DNA of 59,162 nt, the filler included. It is 8 parts of 8 records of this genome, joined end to end, with 100 filler letters (N's around TTAATTAATTAA, not from the genome) between each part and the next. Parts side by side here need not be neighbours in the genome. Positions count along the whole stretch, not along the records: positions 34,553 to 46,466 come from SRR31156797_57194; positions 46,567 to 52,525 come from SRR31156797_57246; 6 more parts are not named here. The stretch is one strand, 5' to 3'. Shown in pieces: positions 37,576 through 47,194 of the stretch. The notes under the pieces were generated by a model. That model was not told the origin of the DNA and made no database searches. It was given only the letters and a program-made list of their open reading frames with translations. Made by a program: the position numbers and the translations under genes. The first letter of the stretch is position 1; every line of letters starts with the position of its first letter.

Positions 37576-38925
37576 ATGCTGGCTATTGACCAAGATAGGC
37601 TCAACTGTTTTATGCATGGCCTCAAACGGCGCAATCCACATCAGCCACAATTTCATCAAGCTGTCTATGAAGTTGCCCTTGATATCATCCCATTTATTCA
37701 TGACCGACCGATCTACCAACGCCATCGCATCCTCGAACGCCTCACCGAACCTGATCGGGTTGTCATTTTTCGAGTCAACTGGGAAGATGATCAAGGAAAT
37801 TTCCGTGCTAACAGAGGCTACAGAATCCAGCAGAGCAACGCAATAGGTCCCTATAAAGGCGGCATCAGATTTCACAAAGAGGTCTCTCTGGATACCCTCA
37901 AATTCCTTGCTTTTGAGCAGACTTTTAAAAACGCTCTTACAGGTTTGCCCATGGGGGGCGCCAAAGGAGGTGCTAATTTCAACCCCAAGGGTAAGTCCGA
38001 AGGCGAGGTGATGCGTTTCTGTCAGCGATTTATGTCTGTACTTGCCCACCATATTGGCCCAAACACTGATATACCCGCAGGGGATATTGGGGTGGGTGCG
38101 CGCGAGGTTAGTTATATGTTTGGCCAATATAAACATATGGTCAATCAATTCACAGGTTCCCTCACCGGTAAGGGGCTCTCTTACGGTGGTAGCCTTATTC
38201 GCACAGAGGCAACCGGCTACGGAGCTGTTTACCTGTTGGAAAACATGCTCAAACACCATGGACAGCAGCTGGAGGGAAGAACCGTACTGGTTTCGGGCAG
38301 TGGCAACGTGGCTCAATATACCGTTGAAAAACTGCTTGACCTTGGGGGCAAAGTAATTGCCATGTCAGATTCCTCAGGAACCATCCACGATCCAGCAGGC
38401 ATCACTGCGGAAAGGCTTGAATGGATAAAAGAATTAAAAAATATTCGTCGTGGTAGGCTGGAAGAGTATGCCGAAGAATTCCAGGTTAACTACTACCCAC
38501 AAAAGCGGCCTTGGCAGATTCCCTGCGACATCGCCATCCCCTGTGCAACCCAGAATGAGATAAGCAGCGAGGACGCACAAGCTCTCATTGCAAACGGTTG
38601 CATGGCAGTAGTCGAGGGAGCTAACATGCCAACGGTTCAGGAAGGTATCAATGCCTATCTGGCGGCAGGAATTCTATATGGGCCCAGTAAAGCTGCCAAT
38701 GCAGGGGGAGTTGCGGTTTCTGGCTTAGAAATGTCCCAGAACAGCATGCGTATGTCTTGGTCTCGGGATGATTTGGACCAAAAGCTCCATAGAATCATGC
38801 ACAAAATCCACGAGCAGTGTGTAGAGTATGGCCAGAATGGAGGCGGCATAAATTACCGCAAGGGAGCAAATATTGCTGGATTTATCAGGGTGGCTGATGC
38901 CCTCGTTGCCTGCGGCAATATTTAA
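37576..38925 (+). CDS. gdhA: Glutamate dehydrogenase (NADP-specific type)
   Basis: GPYKGGIRFH, KFLAFEQTFKNALTGLPMGGAKGG, DIPAGDIGVG, RTEATGYG, SGSGNVA, PCATQNE, KAANAGGVAVSGLEM. Confidence 0.97.
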   Translation: MLAIDQDRLNCFMHGLKRRNPHQPQFHQAVYEVALDIIPFIHDRPIYQRHRILERLTEPDRVVIFRVNWEDDQGNFRANRGYRIQQSNAIGPYKGGIRFHKEVSLDTLKFLAFEQTFKNALTGLPMGGAKGGANFNPKGKSEGEVMRFCQRFMSVLAHHIGPNTDIPAGDIGVGAREVSYMFGQYKHMVNQFTGSLTGKGLSYGGSLIRTEATGYGAVYLLENMLKHHGQQLEGRTVLVSGSGNVAQYTVEKLLDLGGKVIAMSDSSGTIHDPAGITAERLEWIKELKNIRRGRLEEYAEEFQVNYYPQKRPWQIPCDIAIPCATQNEISSEDAQALIANGCMAVVEGANMPTVQEGINAYLAAGILYGPSKAANAGGVAVSGLEMSQNSMRMSWSRDDLDQKLHRIMHKIHEQCVEYGQNGGGINYRKGANIAGFIRVADALVACGNI

Positions 38926-39196
38926 TAAAAGGGTGTGGCCGCTGGTTGTTCGGCTATACAAGGCAATCTACAAACTGAGGAGGTATCAGAGCTGGTTTTC
39001 CCATCCTCTTTACAGTTACCTGATAGGTACCTCGATATTTTTAGAAATACCCTTTGCCAATTCCTCTATTTGGAGTTACATCCGTGTATATGCACAAAAA
39101 GAATCGCATGATGATTTTTATTAGCTCCTATTGGAAAGCTATACAGCTCTAGCAGCATACAACAAAACAAGCTTATATATTGAGGAGGAAAAAACT

Positions 39197-39400
39197 ATGT
39201 CACAGGATAATGATAAAAACCAGGTAGATAAAAATCCCAATAACAATCATAACCCAAACGACCAGGCCCAACCGGAAGGCACTCCCCCTAGACCAAATGG
39301 TGGCAGAGGACTAGGACGAGGAGGCGGGCGTGGTCGCCGTGATGGAACTGGCTGGGGTAAAGGACGTGGTGGTGGAGGCTTAGGCGGACGACGTAATTAA
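39197..39400 (+). CDS. Small low-complexity protein (N/D/Q-rich N-half, Gly/Arg-rich C-half)
   Basis: Strong GAGGAGG RBS before ATG 39197; GGRGLGRGGGRGRRDGTGWGKGRGGGG. Confidence 0.75.
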   Translation: MSQDNDKNQVDKNPNNNHNPNDQAQPEGTPPRPNGGRGLGRGGGRGRRDGTGWGKGRGGGGLGGRRN

Positions 39401-39422
39401 TCAGCAGCAAAAAGGAATATCA

Positions 39423-40169
39423 ATGGCAACCTATACCATTCATCCCATTGTCGTAGGCACCAAAGTATTTGATAAAAGTATGATGACCTATCAGCACGGT
39501 GCTGGAGAAACGTATACTATCCCCATTTACAGCTGGTACATTAAGGGCGGTGATAAGCATGTCATCGTTGATACTGGTGAGATCAGTCCTATTCAGTCCG
39601 AGGCGAGAGAAAAGGCAATTGGCGGCAAAATATACACCTTTGAAGAAGGACTAAAACAATTCGACCTCACTCCTGAATCCATCGATATTGTAATCCATAC
39701 TCACCTGCATAACGATCATTGTGAGAATGATTTTAAGTGCACCAACTCCAAAATTTATGTTCACGAACGTGAATTAACACGCATACACAGTCCCCATCCA
39801 TTGGATTTTCGCTACCTGGAAGATTACATTCAGGATGCTGAAGATAATGGGCAAATTCAGGTTATGACCGAAGATACTCAGGTGCTTCCTGGAATTACCT
39901 GCGTGCATACCCCTGTCCATACCGACGGTGGGATGAGCATAGCGATTGACACAGAAAAGGGGAAAGCTATCATTACTGGCTTTTGTGTTATCCAGGAAAA
40001 TTTTTCTCCCCCCGTTGAGGTTCGCGCTATGGAAATGGAGGTAATTCCACCGGGGACACTGGTTAACGCCTTTGAAGCGTATGATATTATGCTCAAAATC
40101 AAAGACATGGCCGACATTCTTATACCTTTGCATGAACCTAAATTCGCAGCAGTTAACTGTATCCCGTAG
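39423..40169 (+). CDS. N-acyl homoserine lactonase-like metallo-beta-lactamase fold protein
   Basis: VIVDTG, HTHLHNDH, TPVHT.G, LIPLHE. Confidence 0.88.
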   Translation: MATYTIHPIVVGTKVFDKSMMTYQHGAGETYTIPIYSWYIKGGDKHVIVDTGEISPIQSEAREKAIGGKIYTFEEGLKQFDLTPESIDIVIHTHLHNDHCENDFKCTNSKIYVHERELTRIHSPHPLDFRYLEDYIQDAEDNGQIQVMTEDTQVLPGITCVHTPVHTDGGMSIAIDTEKGKAIITGFCVIQENFSPPVEVRAMEMEVIPPGTLVNAFEAYDIMLKIKDMADILIPLHEPKFAAVNCIP

Positions 40170-40185
40170 TTTTTTCCTTTCCCAT

Positions 40186-40214
40186 GAGCACTCTGCATAT
40201 CAGCAAGAGTGCTC
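40186..40214 (+). terminator. Hairpin downstream of the lactonase-like gene (possible terminator)
   Basis: GAGCACTCT ... AGAGTGCTC 9-bp perfect arms; no immediate U-tract. Confidence 0.4.
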
Positions 40215-40434
40215 TCATCCACCTTTTAGAAGTATCATTTTTTTCCTTGCAACTTTTCTTCTCTTTTTCTAGTTTCTACAAATAGAAACATTCACTAGGC
40301 GCTCTCACCATTACGTTTTTACATTTCCTGGGACATCAACATTACTCATCTGACGAGCTGTTACAGTGGGCGCATTTTCAACCGTCATGCTTTTTTGTGT
40401 CACCTCTGAACGTACTAATTGAAAGGAGTAAAAA

Positions 40435-41595
40435 ATGAAAAAGGTTGGTCTAACGTTATTGTTACTTCTTGCAGTTGCGCAGCTCTCAACAGCTGCAACC
40501 GTAAAGATAGGTATGGTAACGACTCTCTCGACAAAGGCTGGATATCTTGGCGAGGATATTCGTGATGGTTTTACCTTAGCCATTGAACAGGGCGCTGGAA
40601 CACTTGGCGGTATTCCGGTTGAGCTAATGGTCGAAGATGACGGCAGAAAGCCTGAAAAGGGCAAACAGATAGCAGAGAGGTTTATTAAAAAAGAAAAAGC
40701 GCACATCCTTACCGGAATAGTTTTTTCCAACGTAGCCATGGCAGTGGTCCCGAAAGTAGTCCGCCAGGATGTTGTTTACCTCAGCACCAATGCGGCTCCA
40801 TCTAAACTGGCAGGCAAAGGGTGTAATTCAAACTATTTCAGTGTTTCCTATCAAAATGACAACCTTGATGAGGTTGTAGGTCAATATGTAACCGAGATAG
40901 GCCATAAATCGGCATATCTCATTGCCCCTAATTATCCTGCAGGTAAAGACCATCTTGCTGGTTTTAAACGTTTTTATAAAGGACAGATAGCAGGAGAGGT
41001 ATATACCAAACTCGGCCAGTCTGACTATGCAGCAGAGATTGCGGCTTTAAGAGCAGCCAAACCGGAAGCGGTCTTCTTTTTTCTTCCTGGTGGGATGGGA
41101 ATTAACTTCCTGAAACAATATGCACAGGCTGGTCTCAGCAAACAAATTCCAGTCTACGGTCCTGCATTTTCCTTTGACGAGCGTATCCTCAAAGCTGTCG
41201 GTCCTGCGGCACTTGGCGTGAAAAACGGTTCCCAATGGACCCACGATCTGGACAACGCTGCCAATATAGAATTTGTAAAAACGTACCAGGAAAAATACGG
41301 CCGTATGCCGACCCTTTATGCAGCACAAGGATATGATACTGCCCGTTTGATCGGAAGTGCACTAAAAGCGGTAGAGGGTAATCTGGACAATCTCGATCCA
41401 TTCAAGGCAGCACTCAAAAAAGCTGATTTTGCATCGGTTCGTGGTAATTTCAAATTTGGAGTGAACCAGCATCCAGTACAGGACGTCTATATTCGAGAAG
41501 TTATCCAGGCGGAAGACGGTGGTTATACGAACAAAACCGTTAAAAAAGTGTTTTCAAATCATGTAGATGCCTATGCAGACGAATGCAAAATGTGA
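40435..41595 (+). CDS. Branched-chain-type (Liv/HAAT) ABC transporter substrate-binding protein
   Basis: Signal peptide, VKIGMVTTLS, EDDGRKP, TGIVFSNV, APNYPAGKD, YAAQGYD, SVRG.FKF..N.HPVQ. Confidence 0.92.
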   Translation: MKKVGLTLLLLLAVAQLSTAATVKIGMVTTLSTKAGYLGEDIRDGFTLAIEQGAGTLGGIPVELMVEDDGRKPEKGKQIAERFIKKEKAHILTGIVFSNVAMAVVPKVVRQDVVYLSTNAAPSKLAGKGCNSNYFSVSYQNDNLDEVVGQYVTEIGHKSAYLIAPNYPAGKDHLAGFKRFYKGQIAGEVYTKLGQSDYAAEIAALRAAKPEAVFFFLPGGMGINFLKQYAQAGLSKQIPVYGPAFSFDERILKAVGPAALGVKNGSQWTHDLDNAANIEFVKTYQEKYGRMPTLYAAQGYDTARLIGSALKAVEGNLDNLDPFKAALKKADFASVRGNFKFGVNQHPVQDVYIREVIQAEDGGYTNKTVKKVFSNHVDAYADECKM

Positions 41596-41656
41596 TTATA
41601 GGCACCATACAAAATATATTTAAATACAGGGTCGTTAACCGACCCTCTCTCTATTT

Positions 41657-42571
41657 ATGCTACTTGTTGCAGAACAACTCCTTAATGGCCTCCAGCTAGG
41701 AATTACGCTTTTTTTGATGTCTGCCGGGTTAACTCTGGTGTTCGGCATTATGCAGGTGATTAACCTTGCCCATGGCTCATTTTACATGATTGGGGCCTAT
41801 ATAGGTGCAACGGTAACTGTTTATACTGGTTCATTTCTGCTCGGCATTGCAGCCGCCCTGCCCGCTTCTGCTCTTTGCGGAATGCTGGTCGAGGTCATTG
41901 TGCTGAGAAGACTGTATAATCGAGAACATCTAGACCAGGTGCTCGCCACATTTGGTCTTATCATGTTCTTTAACGAACTCACCCGCATTATATGGGGACG
42001 GCAACCGTTGTTTATGGATGTACCTTCCTGGCTCAGCGGCAACGTTGAACTGTTGCCCGGACTTGTTTATCCGAACTACAGGATTGCCGTTATTGGTGTG
42101 GGCATTCTGGTTGCCTTGGTTCTATGGCTTATTTTTTCTCGAACGCGCATCGGGATGCAAATTAGAGCTGGTGCTTCAAATCGTGAAATGGTAGGTGCTC
42201 TTGGCGTTAATATTAAGCTGCTCTATACTCTTGTTTTTGGTATGGGGACTGCACTTGCTGGATTAGCCGGTGTCATGGCCGGCCCCATCCTTGCTGTTGA
42301 ATCTGGCATGGGAGAAAGCATTCTGATTCTCACCTTTGTTGTTATTGTTATCGGAGGTATTGGGTCTATCCGGGGTGCTGTTGCCGGGGCATTACTGGTT
42401 GGCCTCGTAGACACACTTGGAAGAGCATTTTTGCCTACTCTATTCCGCTTTCTCTTTGATTCTGCAACTGCAGACGGAGCAGCTGCATCGCTTTCATCCA
42501 TGGCTATCTATATACTCATGGCAGCAATTCTTGTTTGGAAACCTAAAGGCCTTTACCCTGCCTACAGTTAA
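41657..42571 (+). CDS. Liv-type ABC transporter permease (LivH-like)
   Basis: GLTLVFGIMQVINLAHGSFYMIGAY, FVVIVIGGIGSIRGA, KPKGL. Confidence 0.93.
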   Translation: MLLVAEQLLNGLQLGITLFLMSAGLTLVFGIMQVINLAHGSFYMIGAYIGATVTVYTGSFLLGIAAALPASALCGMLVEVIVLRRLYNREHLDQVLATFGLIMFFNELTRIIWGRQPLFMDVPSWLSGNVELLPGLVYPNYRIAVIGVGILVALVLWLIFSRTRIGMQIRAGASNREMVGALGVNIKLLYTLVFGMGTALAGLAGVMAGPILAVESGMGESILILTFVVIVIGGIGSIRGAVAGALLVGLVDTLGRAFLPTLFRFLFDSATADGAAASLSSMAIYILMAAILVWKPKGLYPAYS

Positions 42572-43563
42572 TGAATCCCTCATTTCGTAAATATTTTTGC
42601 ATAACTGCTGCTGCCGTCATTCTCGCAATACTCCCCATTGCCGCTTCAGTGTTCGGCCAGGAATATTACATTTCCCTGTTTTCCCGTATTCTTATTTACG
42701 CCATCGCAGCGGTCAGTCTCGATTTACTACTGGGTTTTTCCGGTATGATAAGCCTTGACCATGCTGCTTTTGTCGGCATCGGCGCATATGTAGTTGGCAT
42801 ATTCTTTTATCATTCAGCAGAGATGGAACCGTTGTTCAGCCACCCTTTTGTTGTACAGGGCAGCGAAAATGGATTGATAGTTATTCCCTTGGCTGTTTTG
42901 GTTTCCGCCATATTTGCACTTTTCATTGGCGCTCTTAGTTTACGGACCAAGGGTATGCATTTTATCATGATTACCCTGGCCTTTGCCCAGATGATCTATT
43001 ATTTTTTCGTCTCATTGGAAAAATATGGCGGGGATGACGGGCTTTCTTTGTATTCACGTTCCACATTACCTGGTCTGGATCTAGGCAACGACCTCCAGTT
43101 TTACTATCTCTGCCTGATGCTTCTTGCACTCTTTCTTTTTTTTACAACCCGCCTGGTCGACTCTCGTTTTGGAATAGTCATTCGAGGATGCAGCAATAAT
43201 GAACGGCGTATCAATGCACTCGGCATTCATTCATATTTTTACAAACTAGTCTGTTTTGTTATTGCCGGAGCCGGAGCTGGCCTTGCGGGTGCCCTGCTTG
43301 CAAACCAAACCGAATACGTAAGTCCTGGCCTAATGCACTGGACCCTTTCCGGAGAGTTAATGGTGATGGTTCTGCTTGGAGGACTTGGAACCCTGTTTGG
43401 CCCGGTTCTAGGTGCAGCTGTATTTCTGCTTTTAGAAGAATTTCTTGCCATGTATACAGAACACTGGATGCTCTACTTGGGCCCTTTCCTCATATTTATT
43501 GTCATTTTTGCCAAAAAAGGTCTTTACGGTGTATTTGTTGGAGGGGGAAAAAGTAATGAGTAA
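42571..43563 (+). CDS. Liv-type ABC transporter permease (LivM-like)
   Basis: SLDLLLGFSGMISLDHAAF, FIMITLAFAQM, GGDDG, VLLGGLGTLFGPVLGA. Confidence 0.93.
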   Translation: MNPSFRKYFCITAAAVILAILPIAASVFGQEYYISLFSRILIYAIAAVSLDLLLGFSGMISLDHAAFVGIGAYVVGIFFYHSAEMEPLFSHPFVVQGSENGLIVIPLAVLVSAIFALFIGALSLRTKGMHFIMITLAFAQMIYYFFVSLEKYGGDDGLSLYSRSTLPGLDLGNDLQFYYLCLMLLALFLFFTTRLVDSRFGIVIRGCSNNERRINALGIHSYFYKLVCFVIAGAGAGLAGALLANQTEYVSPGLMHWTLSGELMVMVLLGGLGTLFGPVLGAAVFLLLEEFLAMYTEHWMLYLGPFLIFIVIFAKKGLYGVFVGGGKSNE

Positions 43564-44311
43564 AATGCTCCTTGAGGTGAGTAACCTCCACAAATCTTAC
43601 GGTGCCATCAAGGCCACCCAGAATTTAAATTTAAAAATAGAAAAAGGACATATACATGCTCTGATAGGTCCAAACGGTGCAGGGAAAACCACACTTGTCA
43701 ATCAACTCACTGGGGATATTTTTCCAGATAGCGGCAAAATACTTTATAAATCTCGTGAAATTACCCGCCTTAAAGACTATCAGCGTGCCCGTCTTGGGAT
43801 AGCCCGCTCATTTCAAATTACCCATATTTTCAGCAATCTCACAGTCGCTGAAAATATGGCCCTGGCGATCAACGCCCGCAGCGGACATAATTTCAATTTT
43901 TTACAAAACAGCCTTAAAAGCAAATACGTTAGACAAAACCTAGATCTCTCCCTGGCCAGAGTTGACCTTGAACACCGGGCGGGTTTAAAGGCAAGCCACC
44001 TCTCTCACGGCGAAAAGCGGCAACTTGAAGTTGGTATGGCCCTTGTCGGCAACCCGGAGTTATTGATCCTTGATGAACCAATGGCCGGGATGGGATCTGG
44101 GGGAACAGTGGAACTCTCAAAATTAATAGCAAGCCTTAAAGGCTCCGTAACCATTCTATTAGTGGAACACGACATGGATGTTGTTTTTTCCCTGGCAGAT
44201 AGGGTGACTGTCCTGGTTTATGGACAGAATATTTTTACCGACTCACCCGATAAAGTGCGGAACAACGAAGAAGTGCAGACAGCCTACCTTGGAGAACCGA
44301 CAGATGCTTAA
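43556..44311 (+). CDS. Liv-type ABC transporter ATPase (LivG-like)
   Basis: [44 protein letters not shown] 43556 overlaps the livM end. Confidence 0.93.
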   Translation: MSKMLLEVSNLHKSYGAIKATQNLNLKIEKGHIHALIGPNGAGKTTLVNQLTGDIFPDSGKILYKSREITRLKDYQRARLGIARSFQITHIFSNLTVAENMALAINARSGHNFNFLQNSLKSKYVRQNLDLSLARVDLEHRAGLKASHLSHGEKRQLEVGMALVGNPELLILDEPMAGMGSGGTVELSKLIASLKGSVTILLVEHDMDVVFSLADRVTVLVYGQNIFTDSPDKVRNNEEVQTAYLGEPTDA

Positions 44312-45005
44312 GGTAGACAGTATTGAAACCTTCTATGGCGAGAGCCAAGCCTTGTTTGGGGTAACTCTTCAGCTGATGGAGGGTGAGGTGATAACCCTCC
44401 TCGGTCGTAATGGGATGGGTAAAAGTACCACAATCTCATCAATAATGGGACTGACACCTGTAAAGAGAGGGGGGATTTCTTTCCTTGGGAAAGATATTCA
44501 TCGTGCGCCAAGTTATGTTATTGCCCGGCAAGGCATTGGGCTAGTACCTGAAGGGAGGCAGATTTTCCCCAACCTTACAGTACGGGAAAACATCTTTGCC
44601 ACCGCTTCCAATTATACTAACTCTCTGTTCCCTTACACCCTTGACGATATCCTTACCATCTTTCCTCGTCTCGGTGACCGGCTAAATAATTACGGTAACC
44701 AACTCTCCGGTGGAGAACAACAGATGCTCGCTATCGGTAGAGCACTAATGATCAATCCCCGCCTACTTATCCTTGACGAGGCCACTGAAGGGCTGGCCCC
44801 CTTGGTTAGGAACGAAATATGGCATGGCTTGGGGATACTGAAAGAAAAAGGCTTAGCTATCTTGGTGGTCGATAAAAATATTCAAGCCCTCTTTAAAATT
44901 GCCGAGCGCCATTACATTATAGAAAAGGGAAAAGTGGTGTGGACGGGCACAACTACTCAACTGCAATCTCAGCCTGAAATGCAGACCCGATTACTTGGCG
45001 TATAG
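44304..45005 (+). CDS. Liv-type ABC transporter ATPase (LivF-like)
   Basis: GRNGMGKST, VPEGRQIF, LSGGEQQMLAIGRAL, LDEATEGLAP. Confidence 0.93.
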   Translation: MLKVDSIETFYGESQALFGVTLQLMEGEVITLLGRNGMGKSTTISSIMGLTPVKRGGISFLGKDIHRAPSYVIARQGIGLVPEGRQIFPNLTVRENIFATASNYTNSLFPYTLDDILTIFPRLGDRLNNYGNQLSGGEQQMLAIGRALMINPRLLILDEATEGLAPLVRNEIWHGLGILKEKGLAILVVDKNIQALFKIAERHYIIEKGKVVWTGTTTQLQSQPEMQTRLLGV

Positions 45006-45224
45006 AGGGCACCACCCTACTTCGTGTGGAAATTCACCTAATAAGGGAATCAATGGCAAGATACATTGTCAAACATCTGCCCAAAAGATATAGGAAAAAG
45101 GTTTGCTTAAAGCATTAGTGGAAGCTTCAGACCTTAGCCTGGCAGTATTTGCCTGAAATGAAATAGGCTTTAAGCTGTTTTTCCTGAGGACATGTAAAGA
45201 GACATCAACTTTACGAGTACACAT

Positions 45225-46358
45225 TTAGTGCATTTTCAACCCCCTCTCCGGTCTACTGAAAGAATGGCACCATGAACAATCATACTCCTCTTCGTCTACA
45301 TGCTCTGCATGTATCCACAGGTAGGCTGGTTCGTCCTCGTCATCCTTTACGCCATGGCACTGGGTGCAGACAACCGATTTCGGACCTTTGAGCTCAAAAC
45401 CCAGGTCGGCTTGCAGGTCCACCCTGGCAATAGTGTTGTGGCACTCGGAACACTTGAGGGCCATTTCCTCCGGGGCTACCTCGTGGGTGATGAGCTGCAT
45501 GGTATCGGTTTTGATCCAGCTGTAGGGCTCGCCTGTCAATCCCATATTTGCAAGACCTGCCAGGACGGCCGCATCATCATCACCGGTACTGAAATAGACA
45601 CTGGTATCCAGTGCTATTAATTTGTTGCTCGTAAGTGCAAGGGGCTGGGTCGCAGTTTTATACTTGAAGGGAAAAAGTTTTGAGCCGATCCCGTTCACAC
45701 TCCCTTCAGGCCGCGATGTAGGAATGAACCCGGTCCCTGGATCAACCACCGCGTCATCAAATAGAAGATAGCTTGAACTGTAACCGTTCCACCAGTCATA
45801 CTTCGGTACAAGATTCCCTTCCATAACAGGCGTGGGATGAGTTACACCGCTGGGCGTTACATACGGGACTCGCCAATCACGGTGCGTCTCGGTTTTTTCA
45901 TCGACGACAGTGTCGTATGCATTTCGTGCGTAAAGGGGGATATGGCAGCTTTGGCAAGCAACCCGTGCTAGATGTTTATCAAGCTTCTTGTCTCCATGTC
46001 GCCACTCTTTGTTATCTTTTTTGTGGCAGCGACTGCATTCCATTTTTATATCGAGGTCAGTTGTTCTAAGGTCAGAGCCTCTTCCAGCCATTCTATGTTT
46101 CTGTGTAATGTGGCATGTCTGGCAGTTGAGGTTTGCGCCATTTATTGCCATATGGACATCAAAACCACGATCGACGGTAGCTCCATGGGCAAGCGCCATG
46201 TCTCCTCTCTTGTAATTATCCCCCCCGCCTCCTTTGGCATGACACTGCAGGCAACCTACCCTGGTCGGCAGATGGACAGTCTGTGCGGCTATTACCATGT
46301 TGATTGTCATGGCGGCGCTGTCTGGAATAAAATAGTCGCCATCCTTCTTTCGCTTATA
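45225..46358 (-). pseudogene. Multiheme c-type cytochrome lacking its N-terminus (disrupted or mis-joined)
   Basis: Seven CXXCH motifs (CLQCH, CQTCH, CSRCH, CQSCH, CSECH, CTQCH, CSWCH). No signal peptide. In-frame TAA at 46434-46436 upstream, and the sequence beyond about 46360 is transposase-like. Confidence 0.75.
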
Positions 46359-46361
46359 CCA

Positions 46362-46466
46362 GTATACAGAGTTTTGAAGAAAGAAGGTTTGCTTGAGAGT
46401 TGGGCTCCCGGGTTTCACAGAAAGGGAAAGGTTTTATCCAGCCTTTGCAGCCGCATGAGCATTGGC
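46362..46466 (+). mobile_element. Frameshifted internal fragment of an IS3/IS481-type DDE transposase
   Basis: Hand translation VYRVLKKEGLLESWAPGFHRKGK, then after a 1-nt shift GFIQPLQPHEHW. This matches the VYR.LK..GLL..W...KG.GF.QP..PHEHW stretch before the rve domain, as I recall it. Confidence 0.7.
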
Positions 46467-46566
46467 NNNNNNNNNNNNNNNNNNNNNNNNNNNNNNNNNN
46501 NNNNNNNNNNTTAATTAATTAANNNNNNNNNNNNNNNNNNNNNNNNNNNNNNNNNNNNNNNNNNNN
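46467..46566. other. Artificial contig linker 6
   Basis: N-run, TTAATTAATTAA, N-run. Confidence 0.99.
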
Positions 46567-47000
46567 GAACCGGCCGTCATCTGGCCGTACATCATCAGAC
46601 CCTTTCTCTCCAGTTCGTTGAAATGCTCCCAATTGTCCCAGGCGCCCACCAGGTTTGAGTTGGCGATCAGCACCCGCGGGGAATGGGCATGGGTTCTGAG
46701 CACCCCCACCGGCTTGCCCGATTGCACCAAAAGGGTTTCGTGGTTTTCCAGCGCCAGTAGAGAGTGCACAATGGCGTCGAAGCATTTCCAGTTGCGGGCG
46801 GCCCTTCCCCGGCCGCCGTAAACCACCAATTCATCGGGGTTTTCGCCGTTTTGGGGGTCAAGGTTGTTGCACAGCATTCTCAGGGCGGCCTCTTGGTACC
46901 ACCCCTTGCAATGCAATCGGGACCCACGGGGGGAACTCACCGGGCGGGGTCCGCCCAGACCGATCTGCAATTCCTTTATCAATTTTTCGGCGGCATTCAT
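46567..47000 (-). CDS. hutU: Urocanate hydratase, 3' truncated
   Basis: [63 protein letters not shown]. Confidence 0.97.
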
Positions 47001-47024
47001 CTTCTCTCTCGGCTTTCTGATATT

Positions 47025-47094
47025 CCCGAATTATTTATGAGTGACCTAATTGGGGCGCTGGAAGCCTCGCTTTGACCCTCATGAATATTCCGGG
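47025..47094. repeat. 70-bp element with imperfect terminal inverted repeats (REP/MITE-like)
   Basis: CCCGAATTATTTATGAG (47025-47041) vs CTCATGAATATTCCGGG (47078-47094): 14 of 17 positions complementary. Confidence 0.6.
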
Positions 47095-47118
47095 CCGGCA
47101 TTATTTAGGTTGACAGTG

Positions 47119-47144
47119 AATTGTATATACATGTATGTACAATT
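47119..47144. promoter_or_regulatory. HutC operator (two abutting TGTA-N2-TACA boxes)
   Basis: AATTGTATATACATGTATGTACAATT between divergent hutU and hutC; TGTA-N2-TACA is the established HutC core. Confidence 0.85.
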
Positions 47145-47194
47145 GCATGGTCTGTGTCAAGGCTTTTTTTAAACGCTATCTCGAAGGGAAGGCC

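Noticed and set aside
37531..38316. 261-aa ORF antisense to gdhA
   Set aside because: Fully antisense to a highly conserved gene, with no independent motifs; not evidence of a second gene.
40340..40400. CTGACGAG upstream of the ABC binding-protein gene as a hammerhead ribozyme or riboswitch
   Set aside because: No correctly placed GAAA core or supporting stems seen; an Rfam scan would be needed to revive it.
46359..46418. GTG 46418 as the real start of the cytochrome
   Set aside because: No signal peptide or RBS, and the region reads as transposase on the opposite strand.
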